Shown here piece after piece: positions 1 through 9,368 of a DNA stretch of 43,566 nucleotides. The stretch comes from an uncultured delta proteobacterium (GTDB lineage: Bacteria; Desulfobacterota; Binatia; UBA9968). The stretch lies in NCBI GenBank assembly GCA_963840855.1, contig CAWJBB010000045.1:1-43566 (forward strand), written 5' to 3'. The position numbers and the translations under genes were made by a program. The notes below the pieces were generated by a model. That model was given only the letters and a program-made list of their open reading frames with translations, did no database searches and was not told the DNA's origin. How positions within the stretch are numbered: position 1 is the first letter of the stretch; every line of letters begins with the position of its first letter.

Positions 1-168
1 TTATCGCAGAACTTGGGCTATGGAGAGAACAGATTCAATTCGACCCATTTGAGCGCGGCGAAAATAACCAGTGGTGAAGAATCCTGAATCAGAGCGGCGC
101 ACAGCGACCGGTATGGGCAGGTAACGTCGCGCCGCTTACAGATAATGTTTTGAAAGGAAAAGTCAGCA

Positions 169-1137
169 ATGGTTATCGACTTTCAGCATCACTATATTCC
201 GGTGGAGTTGGCTAAGAAGCGCGGGCTTTATTCGGAAACCGGCAACACCATGCTCAAGGAAGGCGGAGTGCCCGCGACGACTATGCACCGGCGGCTTTAT
301 GATTTGGACTTGCAGCTCGAAGACATGGACGAAGCCGGCGTCGATATCTCTGTGCTTTCCTGTCTGCTCGGCTGGTCGGCGCCGCTGGACGAATGCCGCT
401 TGATCAATAATGATCTTTCGGCGGTGCAAGAAAAATATCCGCGCCGCTTCGTGGGGCTCGCCCAGGCTCCGCTATTAGAGGGATCTGCGGCGCTCGTCGA
501 ATTACGCCGGGCAATTTTTGATCTCGGTCTTCGCGGCGTGACGATTACCTCACAAGTCAACGGCCATTCTCTCGATGCATCGAATCTTTACGGATTTTAC
601 GAGCTGATTTGTGAACTTGATGTGCCGGTGTTCGTTCATCCCGCTTTGGTTCCTACGGGGTATGAGCATTTAAAAGACTACGACTTGCCCCGCGTCTTGG
701 GTCGGGAAGTGGATCTCACGGTGGCGACCACGCGGCTTATCGCCGGCGGAATTCTTGACCGTTATCCCGGACTCAAAATCGTCATGGCGCATTTCGGCGG
801 CGGCATCGCCGCGGTTAAAGAACGGCTGGTCGGCAAAGGTTACCGCTTCGGCACGCTCAAGCGCCCCTTCGGCGAATATTACGACATGGTGTATTTCGAT
901 ATGGCCGGTTTCGAAGGGGGGATGGTGGCACTTTCCTGCGCGCTCCAGGGCATTCGCCCTGAGCGCCTCGTTTTCGCCAGCGACTATCCGCAGGATTTTA
1001 CCGGCGTCAACACGGACACGGGGAAGGGAATGAAAGAGTTGCGCGATTATATTAACGCCGTGCGGGGATTGCCGCTCGATGAAAAACAGAAAGACGCCAT
1101 GCTCGGCGGAACGGCCGCCCGTCTATTGAAAATCTGA
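169..1137 (+). CDS. Amidohydrolase_2 family protein (ACMSD/LigW-like decarboxylase or hydrolase)
   Basis: Motifs IDFQHHY, FVHP, AHFGG, FASDYP; AAAGGA SD upstream. Confidence 0.85.
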   Translation: MVIDFQHHYIPVELAKKRGLYSETGNTMLKEGGVPATTMHRRLYDLDLQLEDMDEAGVDISVLSCLLGWSAPLDECRLINNDLSAVQEKYPRRFVGLAQAPLLEGSAALVELRRAIFDLGLRGVTITSQVNGHSLDASNLYGFYELICELDVPVFVHPALVPTGYEHLKDYDLPRVLGREVDLTVATTRLIAGGILDRYPGLKIVMAHFGGGIAAVKERLVGKGYRFGTLKRPFGEYYDMVYFDMAGFEGGMVALSCALQGIRPERLVFASDYPQDFTGVNTDTGKGMKELRDYINAVRGLPLDEKQKDAMLGGTAARLLKI

Positions 1138-1152
1138 ACGAAAACCACGCAG

Positions 1153-1186
1153 GTTCAAGCAGTTCAATACGTTCAAAAGGTTTCAG
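1153..1186. repeat. 9-nt-period GTTCAA tandem micro-repeat
   Basis: GTTCAA at 1153, 1162, 1171 and TTTCAG at 1181, between convergent genes. Confidence 0.75.
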
Positions 1187-1251
1187 ACGGTGACGAGCTT
1201 TTCAATAAACCTGGGGATGAAATGCACGGCTTGAAGCCCGTTGAACTGAGG

Positions 1252-1809
1252 CTATTTTTTGCCCTCAGGGCGGGCCAAGCTCGCTTCCACGTACCCCGGT
1301 TTTCTGCCTTGCTTGGACTCAACTTTGAGCCAACCCTTCTCTTCTTCGACGACGTTGAGTTTCATGCCCTTGGGAATCTCGGCGACCACGGGATAATGAA
1401 GCCCGGGGCCGCTGCGCACTTGCGTGTTCACCAGGGTTACGTACTTCCCCTCCACCGGGCGCGGCGCGTCGGCTTCCTGCTCCTCTCCCTCGCCGGGTTT
1501 CGCCGACTCTTTGTCGATATAACCCGGCGCATTGCCTTTCTTCGAGACGATCAAAAGCCATTCGCCGTCACGTCCCACCACGTTGACTTTAGCGTTGGGT
1601 CTGATTTCGCCGATGATTTTGAATTGCTCTCCCGGCCCGGTGCGCACTTTGGCTAATTCCACGATAACATAAGGGCGAGTCTGCTTGCTCAAATCGGGTA
1701 AATCGTCCGAGACGACTTGGTCCTGTTTATTCTTGCACGCTCCAAGCGTAAGGGACAGCAATGAGACAAGTACGCACAAAAAAATATGCTGGCAGCGCAA
1801 CATGTGCAT
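1252..1809 (-). CDS. Lipoprotein with two bacterial SH3 domains
   Basis: Hydrophobic signal ending LGAC; two copies of VR[TS]GPG...W(L)xxxS motif; GGGAGG SD favours a start at 1809 or 1803. Confidence 0.8.
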   Translation of the reverse strand: MHMLRCQHIFLCVLVSLLSLTLGACKNKQDQVVSDDLPDLSKQTRPYVIVELAKVRTGPGEQFKIIGEIRPNAKVNVVGRDGEWLLIVSKKGNAPGYIDKESAKPGEGEEQEADAPRPVEGKYVTLVNTQVRSGPGLHYPVVAEIPKGMKLNVVEEEKGWLKVESKQGRKPGYVEASLARPEGKK

Positions 1810-1879
1810 GGTCCTCCCGTTCTTGTGGTTCAAAGTGAATTATAGCACATGGCGGCGGGGCGGCGATGGGGCTCCGGCC

Positions 1880-1922
1880 GGTCCAAGGTTCTTGGTTCGA
1901 CCTTGAATACTGAATCTTGAAC
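1880..1922. repeat. 7-nt-period inverted micro-repeat
   Basis: GGTCCAA GGTTCTT GGTTCGA followed by CCTTGAA TACTGAA TCTTGAA. Confidence 0.6.
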
Positions 1923-1937
1923 TGACAAAGCCGCGAG

Positions 1938-2357
1938 TCAGCGTATCTCTTTCCACACCTTGGCCAGGCTTTCGCCGTAGACGCTTAGATCCCACTCGCA
2001 AAAATAACCGAAGGGCGTGATCCAAACTTTATAGCCGGTTTCGCGCAGCCGTTCGGCCAAGTTGGTTATAGATGCTTCGGCATAGGCCGGCGGTGCGGTC
2101 TCGCCACCCAGATGAGCAAATGAGTGCAACACGATATTATTTAGTTCTCTCTTGTTGGCGAGCCACTTGAGATGCTTGAGCGTCTGGCGCTGTACCGAGG
2201 TTTTTCTGTCCTCCTCGGCGTCGCGCGCTTCGGCGTGGATGAACACGACCAGGGTTGCCTCCACTGTCTGATCCACGTCCTGGGCCGGCACTTCCGGCAA
2301 GGTCTTAGAGTGGGTCTTCCAGCGAAAACGCTTGGCTTGGAAGCAGAGCAGTTTCAT
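1938..2357 (-). CDS. Stand-alone archaeal-type threonyl-tRNA synthetase editing domain (DTD-like fold)
   Basis: MKLLCFQA N-terminus, VVFIHAE, IVLHSFAHLG and TPFGYF...GESLAK match the archaeal MRxLxxH / PFAHL / APFGxYK...GHPLAE pattern; 139 aa is the size of the domain alone. Confidence 0.8.
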   Translation of the reverse strand: MKLLCFQAKRFRWKTHSKTLPEVPAQDVDQTVEATLVVFIHAEARDAEEDRKTSVQRQTLKHLKWLANKRELNNIVLHSFAHLGGETAPPAYAEASITNLAERLRETGYKVWITPFGYFCEWDLSVYGESLAKVWKEIR

Positions 2358-2367
2358 TGCCGGCGCA

Positions 2368-2934
2368 TCAATAGTAATCGAGAAAATTCTTGAGCAGTTT
2401 CTTGCCTTCTTCGCTGAGAATCGACTCGGGGTGAAACTGCACGCCTTCGATGGCGAGGGTCTTGTGACGCACCCCCATGACGACGCGATCTTCTGTTTGC
2501 GCGCTGATCCTCAGTTCGGCGGGAAGGGTTGCCGGATCGATGACCAGCGAATGATAGCGCATGGCGGCAAAGGGATTCTTGAGCGAGCGAAAAATGGTTT
2601 GCCCGTCATGCGATACGTTGGAAAGTTTTCCATGCATGATTGACGGCGCGGACGCGATGGCGGCGCCGAAGGCTGCGCCGATGCATTGGTGGCCGAGGCA
2701 AACTCCCAGGATCGGCGTTTGTCCGGCGAAGCGGCGGATGAGATCGCATGAGATGCCGGCCTCTTTGGGGGTGCACGGGCCGGGTGAGATGACGATCTTT
2801 TCGGGACTCAAATCGGTGACTTCGTCGAGGGTGATCTTGTCGTTGCGAAAGACCGATACCTCCGCACCCAATTCGCCGAGGTAGTGGTAGAGGTTGTAAG
2901 TGAAGGAGTCGTAGTTGTCGATCAGCAGGATCAT
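2368..2934 (-). CDS. trpG: Anthranilate synthase component II (glutamine amidotransferase)
   Basis: [33 protein letters not shown]; ATGA overlap with trpE. Confidence 0.92.
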   Translation of the reverse strand: MILLIDNYDSFTYNLYHYLGELGAEVSVFRNDKITLDEVTDLSPEKIVISPGPCTPKEAGISCDLIRRFAGQTPILGVCLGHQCIGAAFGAAIASAPSIMHGKLSNVSHDGQTIFRSLKNPFAAMRYHSLVIDPATLPAELRISAQTEDRVVMGVRHKTLAIEGVQFHPESILSEEGKKLLKNFLDYY

Positions 2935-4418
2935 CGCTTCCTCCACTCTTCGGCGAGTTCGACGGCTTTAAGCATGGCGCGGGCTTTATTCAGCGTCTCT
3001 TGGTACTCCGCCTCGGGATTGGAATCGGCAACGATGCCGGCGCCGGCGTTGATATAGACCTTTTTGCCTTTCATGACGATGGTGCGGATGACGATGCAGG
3101 TGTCCAGATTGCCGTTGTAGCCGAAGTAGCCGATGGCGCCGGCGTACAGGCTCCGTTTTTCCGGCTCCAGCTCGCTGATGATCTGCATGGCGCGTATCTT
3201 CGGTGCGCCGGAAACGGTGCCGGCGGGAAAAGCGGAAACGAACAGATCGAAGGCGGACTTGCCCGGCGCCAGCTTGCCGCGCACGTTGGAAACGATGTGA
3301 ATGACATGGGAGTAGCGTTCGATGGCCATGAGCTCGTTGACCTCCACGCTGCCCACCTCGGCGACCCGGCCGACGTCATTGCGACCCAGGTCCACCAGCA
3401 TGATGTGTTCGGCGCGCTCTTTGGGATCGGCGAGGAGATCCGCTTCGAGTTCTTTTTCCTCCTCCGGCGTGGCGCCGCGACGCCGGGTGCCCGCGATGGG
3501 GCGTAGCTCGATGGTGCGGCCGGTCAGGCGCACCATGGTTTCCGGCGACGAACCGATGACCCGGAGGTCTTCCAGCTCTAGATAAAACATATAGGGCGAT
3601 GGATTGATAAAGCGCAGCGCCCGGTAAATTTCGAACGGGTCGGTGCTCGATTCGGTTTCTAATCTTTGGCACAGCACCGCCTGAATGATATCGCCGGCGC
3701 GGATATACTCCTTAGCCCTATTCACCGCTGCATGGAATTCCCGGCGGCTGAGATTCGATTTAAATTTGCGCCCACCGGTAGTCTGGCTCAAGTCCCGCGG
3801 CTCGATACCGCGAGGCTTTTTTTTGAGCGAGGCGATGACCTTGCGAATTCTTGCCGCTGCCTGGTCATAGGCTTGGCGCGGGCTTGTCTTGCCGTCGAGG
3901 CGGGCATTGTCGATGACTTTGATCGTATGTCTCAAATTGTCAAAGGCGACCAACGTCTGCACGAAGATGAAAAAAATCTCGGGCATGCCTAGGGGTTCAC
4001 TTTTGCTGTTCGCGATATCGTGCAACTGCGCCACCGCGTCGTAGCCGACGTAACCCAAGGCACCGCCGAAAAAGGGTGGCACGCCGGGAACGGGCACCGG
4101 CCGGCAGCCGGCCAATAGTTCTTCCAGAGACTTCAACGGCGCATCGCTGTGCCAGCTTCGTCCCTTACCGTTCTCAACCACTTCGACTTGGTGGCCCCGC
4201 GCTTTAAAAATTCGGTACGGACGAGTGCCCAAGAACGAATAGCGCGCCCAGCGTTCGCTGCCTTCGACGCTTTCGAGCAGAAAGGCATAGCGGTCGCGCT
4301 CGATGCGTTTGAAAAACGATAGCGGGGTTTCCAAGTCCATGAGCAATTCTTGATACACCGGAATCAGGTTGCCCTGTTTGGCGAGCTGGCGAAATTCTTT
4401 AAACGATGGTTGAATCAT
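2931..4418 (-). CDS. trpE: Anthranilate synthase component I
   Basis: LLES and NPSPYM Trp-feedback motifs, [25 protein letters not shown]; the ORF extension to 4454 runs through the attenuator terminator so the start is placed at 4418. Confidence 0.95.
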   Translation of the reverse strand: MIQPSFKEFRQLAKQGNLIPVYQELLMDLETPLSFFKRIERDRYAFLLESVEGSERWARYSFLGTRPYRIFKARGHQVEVVENGKGRSWHSDAPLKSLEELLAGCRPVPVPGVPPFFGGALGYVGYDAVAQLHDIANSKSEPLGMPEIFFIFVQTLVAFDNLRHTIKVIDNARLDGKTSPRQAYDQAAARIRKVIASLKKKPRGIEPRDLSQTTGGRKFKSNLSRREFHAAVNRAKEYIRAGDIIQAVLCQRLETESSTDPFEIYRALRFINPSPYMFYLELEDLRVIGSSPETMVRLTGRTIELRPIAGTRRRGATPEEEKELEADLLADPKERAEHIMLVDLGRNDVGRVAEVGSVEVNELMAIERYSHVIHIVSNVRGKLAPGKSAFDLFVSAFPAGTVSGAPKIRAMQIISELEPEKRSLYAGAIGYFGYNGNLDTCIVIRTIVMKGKKVYINAGAGIVADSNPEAEYQETLNKARAMLKAVELAEEWRKR

Positions 4419-4424
4419 GAATGC

Positions 4425-4466
4425 AAAAAACCAAAAGGGCCACAAGTTTCTCACCTATGGCCCTTT
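4425..4466 (-). terminator. trp attenuator 3:4 intrinsic terminator
   Basis: Minus strand AAAGGGCCATAGG-tgagaaa-CTTGTGGCCCTTT followed by TGGTTTTTT, ending 6 nt before the trpE ATG. Confidence 0.9.
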
Positions 4467-4494
4467 GTATCAGCACAGTCTCGGACGGCTGGAC

Positions 4495-4575
4495 TTAGCC
4501 AAGGTGGCGAGGCCGGGCATCACGCCCGCGCCACCACCGCCATTCTAACACCGCAACTTCCAACCGTTTTTTCAT
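4495..4575 (-). CDS. trpL: Trp operon leader peptide MKKRLEVAVLEWRWWRGRDARPRHLG
   Basis: W-R-W-W codons at 4542-4531 directly upstream of alternative hairpins and trpE. Confidence 0.88.
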   Translation of the reverse strand: MKKRLEVAVLEWRWWRGRDARPRHLG

Positions 4576-4582
4576 GGGAGGC

Positions 4583-4611
4583 ATTTTGCCGTATTCGACC
4601 TTGACGGTCAA
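4583..4611 (-). promoter_or_regulatory. Sigma70-type promoter for trpL-trpEG
   Basis: TTGACC-17 nt-CAAAAT; 7 nt separate the -10 box from the trpL ATG. Confidence 0.65.
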
Positions 4612-4638
4612 GCAGCAGCGCCCTATCACCAACGCCGA

Positions 4639-4667
4639 TTGACAAGCCGGACCTCGTGGGGTAAGCC
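4639..4667 (+). promoter_or_regulatory. Putative sigma70 promoter for the IclR gene
   Basis: TTGACA-17 nt-TAAGCC. Confidence 0.45.
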
Positions 4668-4743
4668 TAAAACGCCTTTTTGAATGGCAAGTTTTTCTGG
4701 CGTAAATTACCCGGGACTCGTGCGCGATTTCGGGGAGGGGATT

Positions 4744-5523
4744 ATGGTCCGGCGTGAAAAATCCAACTATGTAATCCAATCCGTTTCCCATGCTTTGGAT
4801 GTATTGGAGCAATTTAACGGCAATGTCGAAGAGATCGGCGTCACCGAGCTCAGTAAGCGACTAAAGCTGCATAAGAATAATGTGTTTCGTTTGCTCGCGA
4901 CGCTCGAGGCGCGCGGTTACATCCAGCAGAACAAATTGACCGAGAACTATCGCCTCGGTCTCAGGTGCTTGCAGCTGGGGCAGACTTTTATTCAACAGAT
5001 GGGCCTGCTGCTCCAGTCGCGGGCGGTTCTCGAAGACCTGGCAAAGACAACGAAAGAAAGCGCCTTCGTGGCCGTGCGCAAGGGCGCCGGCATCGTGCCG
5101 CTGGATTTCGTCGAACCGCTACGCGCGGTGCGAGTGGTATCATTTTTGGGCACCGCGCTGCCGGCCCATTGCACGGCGGCGGGGAAGATCTATCTGGTGT
5201 TCGAGTCGGAAGGCGACCTCGGCCAGAATCTGGGGAGTGGTCTCAGACGCTATACGGGCAAGACCATCTGCGATAGCGAGGCGCTCGCGGCGCAAACCAA
5301 AGAAATTGGGGCGGCGGGATACGCGGTGGAGCTGGAGGAGTTCACCGAGGAGGTCAGTTCGGTGGCGGTGCCGATTCGGGACTATACCCGGATGTTGGTC
5401 GGTGCGATGGCGGTGGTGGGACCCAGTCAACGGTTAACCTCCGATGTGATCAAGCACGATGTCGCGCCGAAAATTGTGAAGGCGGGCGACGAACTTTCCA
5501 AGCGCCTGGGGTATCCGGGTTAA
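4744..5523 (+). CDS. IclR family transcriptional regulator
   Basis: IQSVSHALDVLE...GVTELS...KNNVFRLLATLE HTH; PAHCTAAGK and GYAVELEE...VAVPI effector domain; GGGGAGG SD. Confidence 0.93.
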   Translation: MVRREKSNYVIQSVSHALDVLEQFNGNVEEIGVTELSKRLKLHKNNVFRLLATLEARGYIQQNKLTENYRLGLRCLQLGQTFIQQMGLLLQSRAVLEDLAKTTKESAFVAVRKGAGIVPLDFVEPLRAVRVVSFLGTALPAHCTAAGKIYLVFESEGDLGQNLGSGLRRYTGKTICDSEALAAQTKEIGAAGYAVELEEFTEEVSSVAVPIRDYTRMLVGAMAVVGPSQRLTSDVIKHDVAPKIVKAGDELSKRLGYPG

Positions 5524-5658
5524 CCGGCGACGCTCCGTTGACACCGACCACGGCAGCGCGGCTTTCTCGCGGTTTGGGATATTCTCTCCGTTCATTTTAG
5601 CTTTAACGAAATGCGCTGGTAAAAGGCCAAATAGGCGAAAGTACGCTAAGGAAGTAGC

Positions 5659-7656
5659 ATGCTAACAATCGTCGAGAAGATCGTCTTCATTGTGCTTGCC
5701 GGAGCGTCGTTGTATTTCGGCGGCAAGGGATTTTTTGACGTTTACAAGGTTATCTCGCGGGGCAAAGCAGAGCAGCGCTTCAATGATCTCAGCGGGAGAA
5801 TTCGGCGCGCGCTGGGCACCGTCTTAACTCAGCGGTCGGTTTTCAAAGCACGCCCGGTGGTTTCCCTGCTTCACGCGTTGGTCTTTTACGGTTTTGTTTT
5901 TTACTTCCTGGTCAATCTCGTCGATCTGCTGGAAGGTTTTTTTTCGTTGCGTTCTCGGGGCGGCGCCTGGAATGCATTCAATCTCACGGCCGATTTGCTC
6001 ACTACCGGAATTTTAGCCGGCGTCATCGGTTTGATCATCCGGCGCCGCGCCGTCCGGCCCGGGGATTTTGCCTTTCCGTCCAACGTGCCGCTGCATGCCG
6101 AAGCCAGAGCGGTAATTTTGCGCGACTCGACCATCGTATCCGGCTTTATCTTGTTCCACGTCGGCAGCCGGCTGATGCTCAGGGCGGCGCAATTGGCGCG
6201 GGAAGGCGCCGATGCGTTCCAACCGGTCGCTTCCCTGTTCGCCGGCATCTATGCCGGCATGAATCCCGGGCTCATGGAAGCGGCCGTTCATGTTTTTTGG
6301 TGGGGCGCTCTGGGCTCGATCCTGGTCTTCATTCCTTACTTTCCGCGTTCCAAGCACATTCATCTCTTCATGGCGCCGGTGAACATTGCGCTCAAGAAAG
6401 ACAAACCCGGCGTGTTGGCACCGATGGACTTCGAAAACGAGGAAGTGTTCGGCGCAGCCAAATTGGAAGAGCTGCCCTGGCCGCGGCTTATGGACGCCTA
6501 CAGCTGCATCATGTGCAACCGCTGCCAGGATGTTTGCCCGGCGACCAACACCGGTAAGGCGCTCAGCCCGGCGGCGATTCTGGTCAATGAACGTATGGAG
6601 TTGAACAGGATTTTCTCCGATTTCGCCGCGGGGAAGGAAAGCCCGCGGCCGCTCCTCGATTTCGCGCTGAGCGAAGAGGCCGCCTGGGCGTGCACGACCT
6701 GCAACGCTTGCGTGGAAATCTGTCCGGTGGGCAATGAACAGATGCTCCATATTATTGATGTCCGGCGCGAGCGCGTGCTCTCGGCGGCGGAGTTCCCCAA
6801 TGGGCTGAAGAACGCGTTTAACCATATGGAGCGGGCCGGCAACCCCTGGGGCATGGCGGCGGAGGAGCGGATGGTATGGGCGAAGGACTTGCCTTTTGCC
6901 GTGCCAACCTTGGAACAGAAGAGCGACCCGGAGGTGCTATACTGGGTGGGCTGCGCCGCGGCCTTCGATCCCCGGGCGCAAAAAATTGCCCGCAGCATGG
7001 CCGAGCTACTCCATGCCGCGGGTCTTGATTGGGCGGTGATCGGCAAAAGCGAAACGTGCACCGGGGATGCCGCGCGGCGCACCGGCAATGAATATCTCTT
7101 CGTACAGATGGCCGAACAGAACATCGCGGTATTGAACGAAGTGAAGCCGAAAACCATCGTCACCCATTGTCCGCATTGCTTTCACACGATATCGAATGAG
7201 TATCCCCAGTTTGGCGGCAATTTTACCGTCAAACATCACACGCAATTTATCGAGGAGCTGATCCGCGACGGTAAGATTAAAGTGGATGCCAATGGCGCCC
7301 GCGCGGCGACCTATCACGATCCCTGCTATTTGGGACGGCACAACGGTGTCTTCGATTCACCGCGGGCGCTGATCCAATCCACGGGCGCCAGGATCGCGGA
7401 ACCGGATCGCAACCGTAGCAACAGCTTCTGCTGCGGCGCCGGCGGCGGGCAATTTTGGAAAGATGAAGAAAGAGGCAACGAACGGGTCAGCACCAACCGC
7501 TACCGCGAACTCAAACAAACCGGCGCTAAAACGATTGCCACCGGTTGCCCGTTCTGCATGCGCATGATCACCGAAGAGACCGCCAAGGAAGAAGAAGGCG
7601 CCGCTCCCGAGGTTTTAGACGTCGCCGAGATCGTAGCGCGGAGTCTGCGCCGATGA
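5659..7656 (+). CDS. Membrane-bound Fe-S oxidoreductase, FadF/HdrD-like (putative ETF:quinone oxidoreductase)
   Basis: N-terminal TM helices with His residues, CIMCNRCQDVCP and CTTCNACVEICP 4Fe-4S motifs, two CCG domains (CPHC, YHDPC, CCGAGGG, GCPFC). Confidence 0.85.
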   Translation: MLTIVEKIVFIVLAGASLYFGGKGFFDVYKVISRGKAEQRFNDLSGRIRRALGTVLTQRSVFKARPVVSLLHALVFYGFVFYFLVNLVDLLEGFFSLRSRGGAWNAFNLTADLLTTGILAGVIGLIIRRRAVRPGDFAFPSNVPLHAEARAVILRDSTIVSGFILFHVGSRLMLRAAQLAREGADAFQPVASLFAGIYAGMNPGLMEAAVHVFWWGALGSILVFIPYFPRSKHIHLFMAPVNIALKKDKPGVLAPMDFENEEVFGAAKLEELPWPRLMDAYSCIMCNRCQDVCPATNTGKALSPAAILVNERMELNRIFSDFAAGKESPRPLLDFALSEEAAWACTTCNACVEICPVGNEQMLHIIDVRRERVLSAAEFPNGLKNAFNHMERAGNPWGMAAEERMVWAKDLPFAVPTLEQKSDPEVLYWVGCAAAFDPRAQKIARSMAELLHAAGLDWAVIGKSETCTGDAARRTGNEYLFVQMAEQNIAVLNEVKPKTIVTHCPHCFHTISNEYPQFGGNFTVKHHTQFIEELIRDGKIKVDANGARAATYHDPCYLGRHNGVFDSPRALIQSTGARIAEPDRNRSNSFCCGAGGGQFWKDEERGNERVSTNRYRELKQTGAKTIATGCPFCMRMITEETAKEEEGAAPEVLDVAEIVARSLRR

Positions 7657-7657
7657 T

Positions 7658-8116
7658 ATGCGCCTGATTTTCGCGCTATTCATTTCCTTTGTGGTTCTTA
7701 CCGGCGTGACCGCCTGCCAAGCACAACCACGAGTCAGCATCATTGCCGAAGAAGGGCGTGAAATCGTGTTTCAGGTGGAGATCGCGGACACGCCGACCGA
7801 GCGCGAGATGGGACTGCAATATCGCCGCGAGCTGGCTCCCGACCAGGGCATGATTTTTCTGTTCCCCACGGAAGAGCAACAGTCATTTTGGATGAAGAAC
7901 ACGCCGATTCCTTTAGACATGATTTTTATCAGCGCCGAGCGAAAAATCGTCGGCATCGTCGAGAACACTGTGCCGTTCTCGCTGGATGCTCGTTCCGTAC
8001 GCGGCAGAAGCCAATTTGTGCTGGAGATCAACGGCGGTCTATCGCGCCGATATGGCTTCAAACCCGGGGACAGCGTGCGCTTCCAAGGGTTCTCTCCTGA
8101 AAGCGCGCCAAGGTAA
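7658..8116 (+). CDS. DUF192 domain exported protein
   Basis: VEIADT...GL.YR, GMIFLF, FWMKNTPIPLDMIF, VLEINGG. Confidence 0.9.
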   Translation: MRLIFALFISFVVLTGVTACQAQPRVSIIAEEGREIVFQVEIADTPTEREMGLQYRRELAPDQGMIFLFPTEEQQSFWMKNTPIPLDMIFISAERKIVGIVENTVPFSLDARSVRGRSQFVLEINGGLSRRYGFKPGDSVRFQGFSPESAPR

Positions 8117-8118
8117 AA

Positions 8119-8147
8119 ATAAAGGGCGAGTGACCTTCGCCCTTTAT
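8119..8147. terminator. Hairpin terminator between convergent genes
   Basis: ATAAAGGGCGA / TCGCCCTTTAT perfect 11-bp stem; T-tract on the minus strand. Confidence 0.75.
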
Positions 8148-8168
8148 CCCGCCAAGCGGAGCAAGCGG

Positions 8169-9236
8169 CTAAATTTCGTCGAAGAAATAGGGCCGCACCG
8201 GGTCAAGCTTCTCTTCGTACGAGTCGGGATATAAAAACCACAGCGTAGCGGCCAGGCTGCTTAGTAAAGAGTTGCCGTCCTGCGGCGTGAAACAGGTGCC
8301 GATAATTTCCTTGTCGCCGTGTATCGCCAGGCTCTGCGACACGATCACCGTCTGATTCAATATCCGGCCAAATAGACCATGATCCCGGCCGAAGGAAAAC
8401 ACCGAGGCCGATGACTTCTTGTTGGTTAAGGCGACTCTGCGGGTCGACTTGAAGCGGCGCATTAACTCGTCCTTGTCGATCCTGCGGCGCAGTCTGAGAT
8501 TGAAGTGAATGGTGTGCATGTACTGAGTGTTGAGCTTCAAAGCGGACGAGAAAATGTTCAGGTCCAGCCCAACAGTCTGAAATAATTCGTGGGCATCCCG
8601 TCCTTGATGCGTGCCGAACTTAGAGTCGTCATGCTTGCCGACTTCCGGAGCCGGGATGAAATCGCCTTCTTGGCTCAAATCATTGGCGCGGCGCATGCAG
8701 ACGAAGCGGCTTTCGGCGAGATTGTCTTCCTTTTCCGGCCCCAAGGCGATGGTGTCGATCAGCACGGCCAAGTTGTGGGTATTGCAACTGACAACCTGGA
8801 TGAATTGATCCTGACCTCTGACCAGCGCTTTGTCATTGATACCGCGGGCGTACTTTTTACCGAAGCCGTCTTCGCTGCCTTGGGCGATAAAGCCGCGCCC
8901 ATTGTTGGCGTACTTGTTGTAAACTTTTTCCTTGTTCTGGTTGCCCACCGGCGTGCAATCGATCACCACGTTGGCCCGCTCGATCGCTTCTTCGGCCTCG
9001 TAGCTGGGTGTCATGCCCATCTCGACGAATTTTTGCCAGCGTTCCTTATCGACGGCGAGCTTCGCCCCGTTCTGGCAGGAGACGGTGACTTTGGAGCGGT
9101 CCGTCAGAAGCGGCGTGCGCTTGTGAAAGGTAACTTCATCGATGCCGAACTGCTCCTGGAACGTCGAGAGAATCCCGACAAGCGGTTCCCCGATGGTGCC
9201 GGTGCCGACGATATGGACGATTTTCTTGGCTGCCAT
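8169..9236 (-). CDS. Archaeal-type (type II) glyceraldehyde-3-phosphate dehydrogenase homologue
   Basis: GTGTIG Rossmann motif, VIDCTP, QGSE, catalytic VVSCNT (SCN rather than bacterial SCTT), RRAND. Confidence 0.75.
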   Translation of the reverse strand: MAAKKIVHIVGTGTIGEPLVGILSTFQEQFGIDEVTFHKRTPLLTDRSKVTVSCQNGAKLAVDKERWQKFVEMGMTPSYEAEEAIERANVVIDCTPVGNQNKEKVYNKYANNGRGFIAQGSEDGFGKKYARGINDKALVRGQDQFIQVVSCNTHNLAVLIDTIALGPEKEDNLAESRFVCMRRANDLSQEGDFIPAPEVGKHDDSKFGTHQGRDAHELFQTVGLDLNIFSSALKLNTQYMHTIHFNLRLRRRIDKDELMRRFKSTRRVALTNKKSSASVFSFGRDHGLFGRILNQTVIVSQSLAIHGDKEIIGTCFTPQDGNSLLSSLAATLWFLYPDSYEEKLDPVRPYFFDEI

Positions 9237-9368
9237 AGATTCCACCCGTCCCTGTCTTTGATTTAATCGAGTCTAGCTTAAGCCTCTGACACGATCAACC
9301 CTCTTTTCTCAGGATGTCCCTTAAAGCCGGGGCGTGAATATGGTAAAAAGTTCCTTAGGGAGAAAGTC

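Noticed and set aside
4419-4454. N-terminal extension MRNLWPFWFFAF of TrpE containing two Trp codons
   Set aside because: It is a translation of the terminator hairpin and T-tract; the real leader is 4495-4575
4495-4812. 105-aa minus-strand ORF
   Set aside because: Only the last 26 codons are credible (TrpL); the rest overlaps promoters and the IclR start
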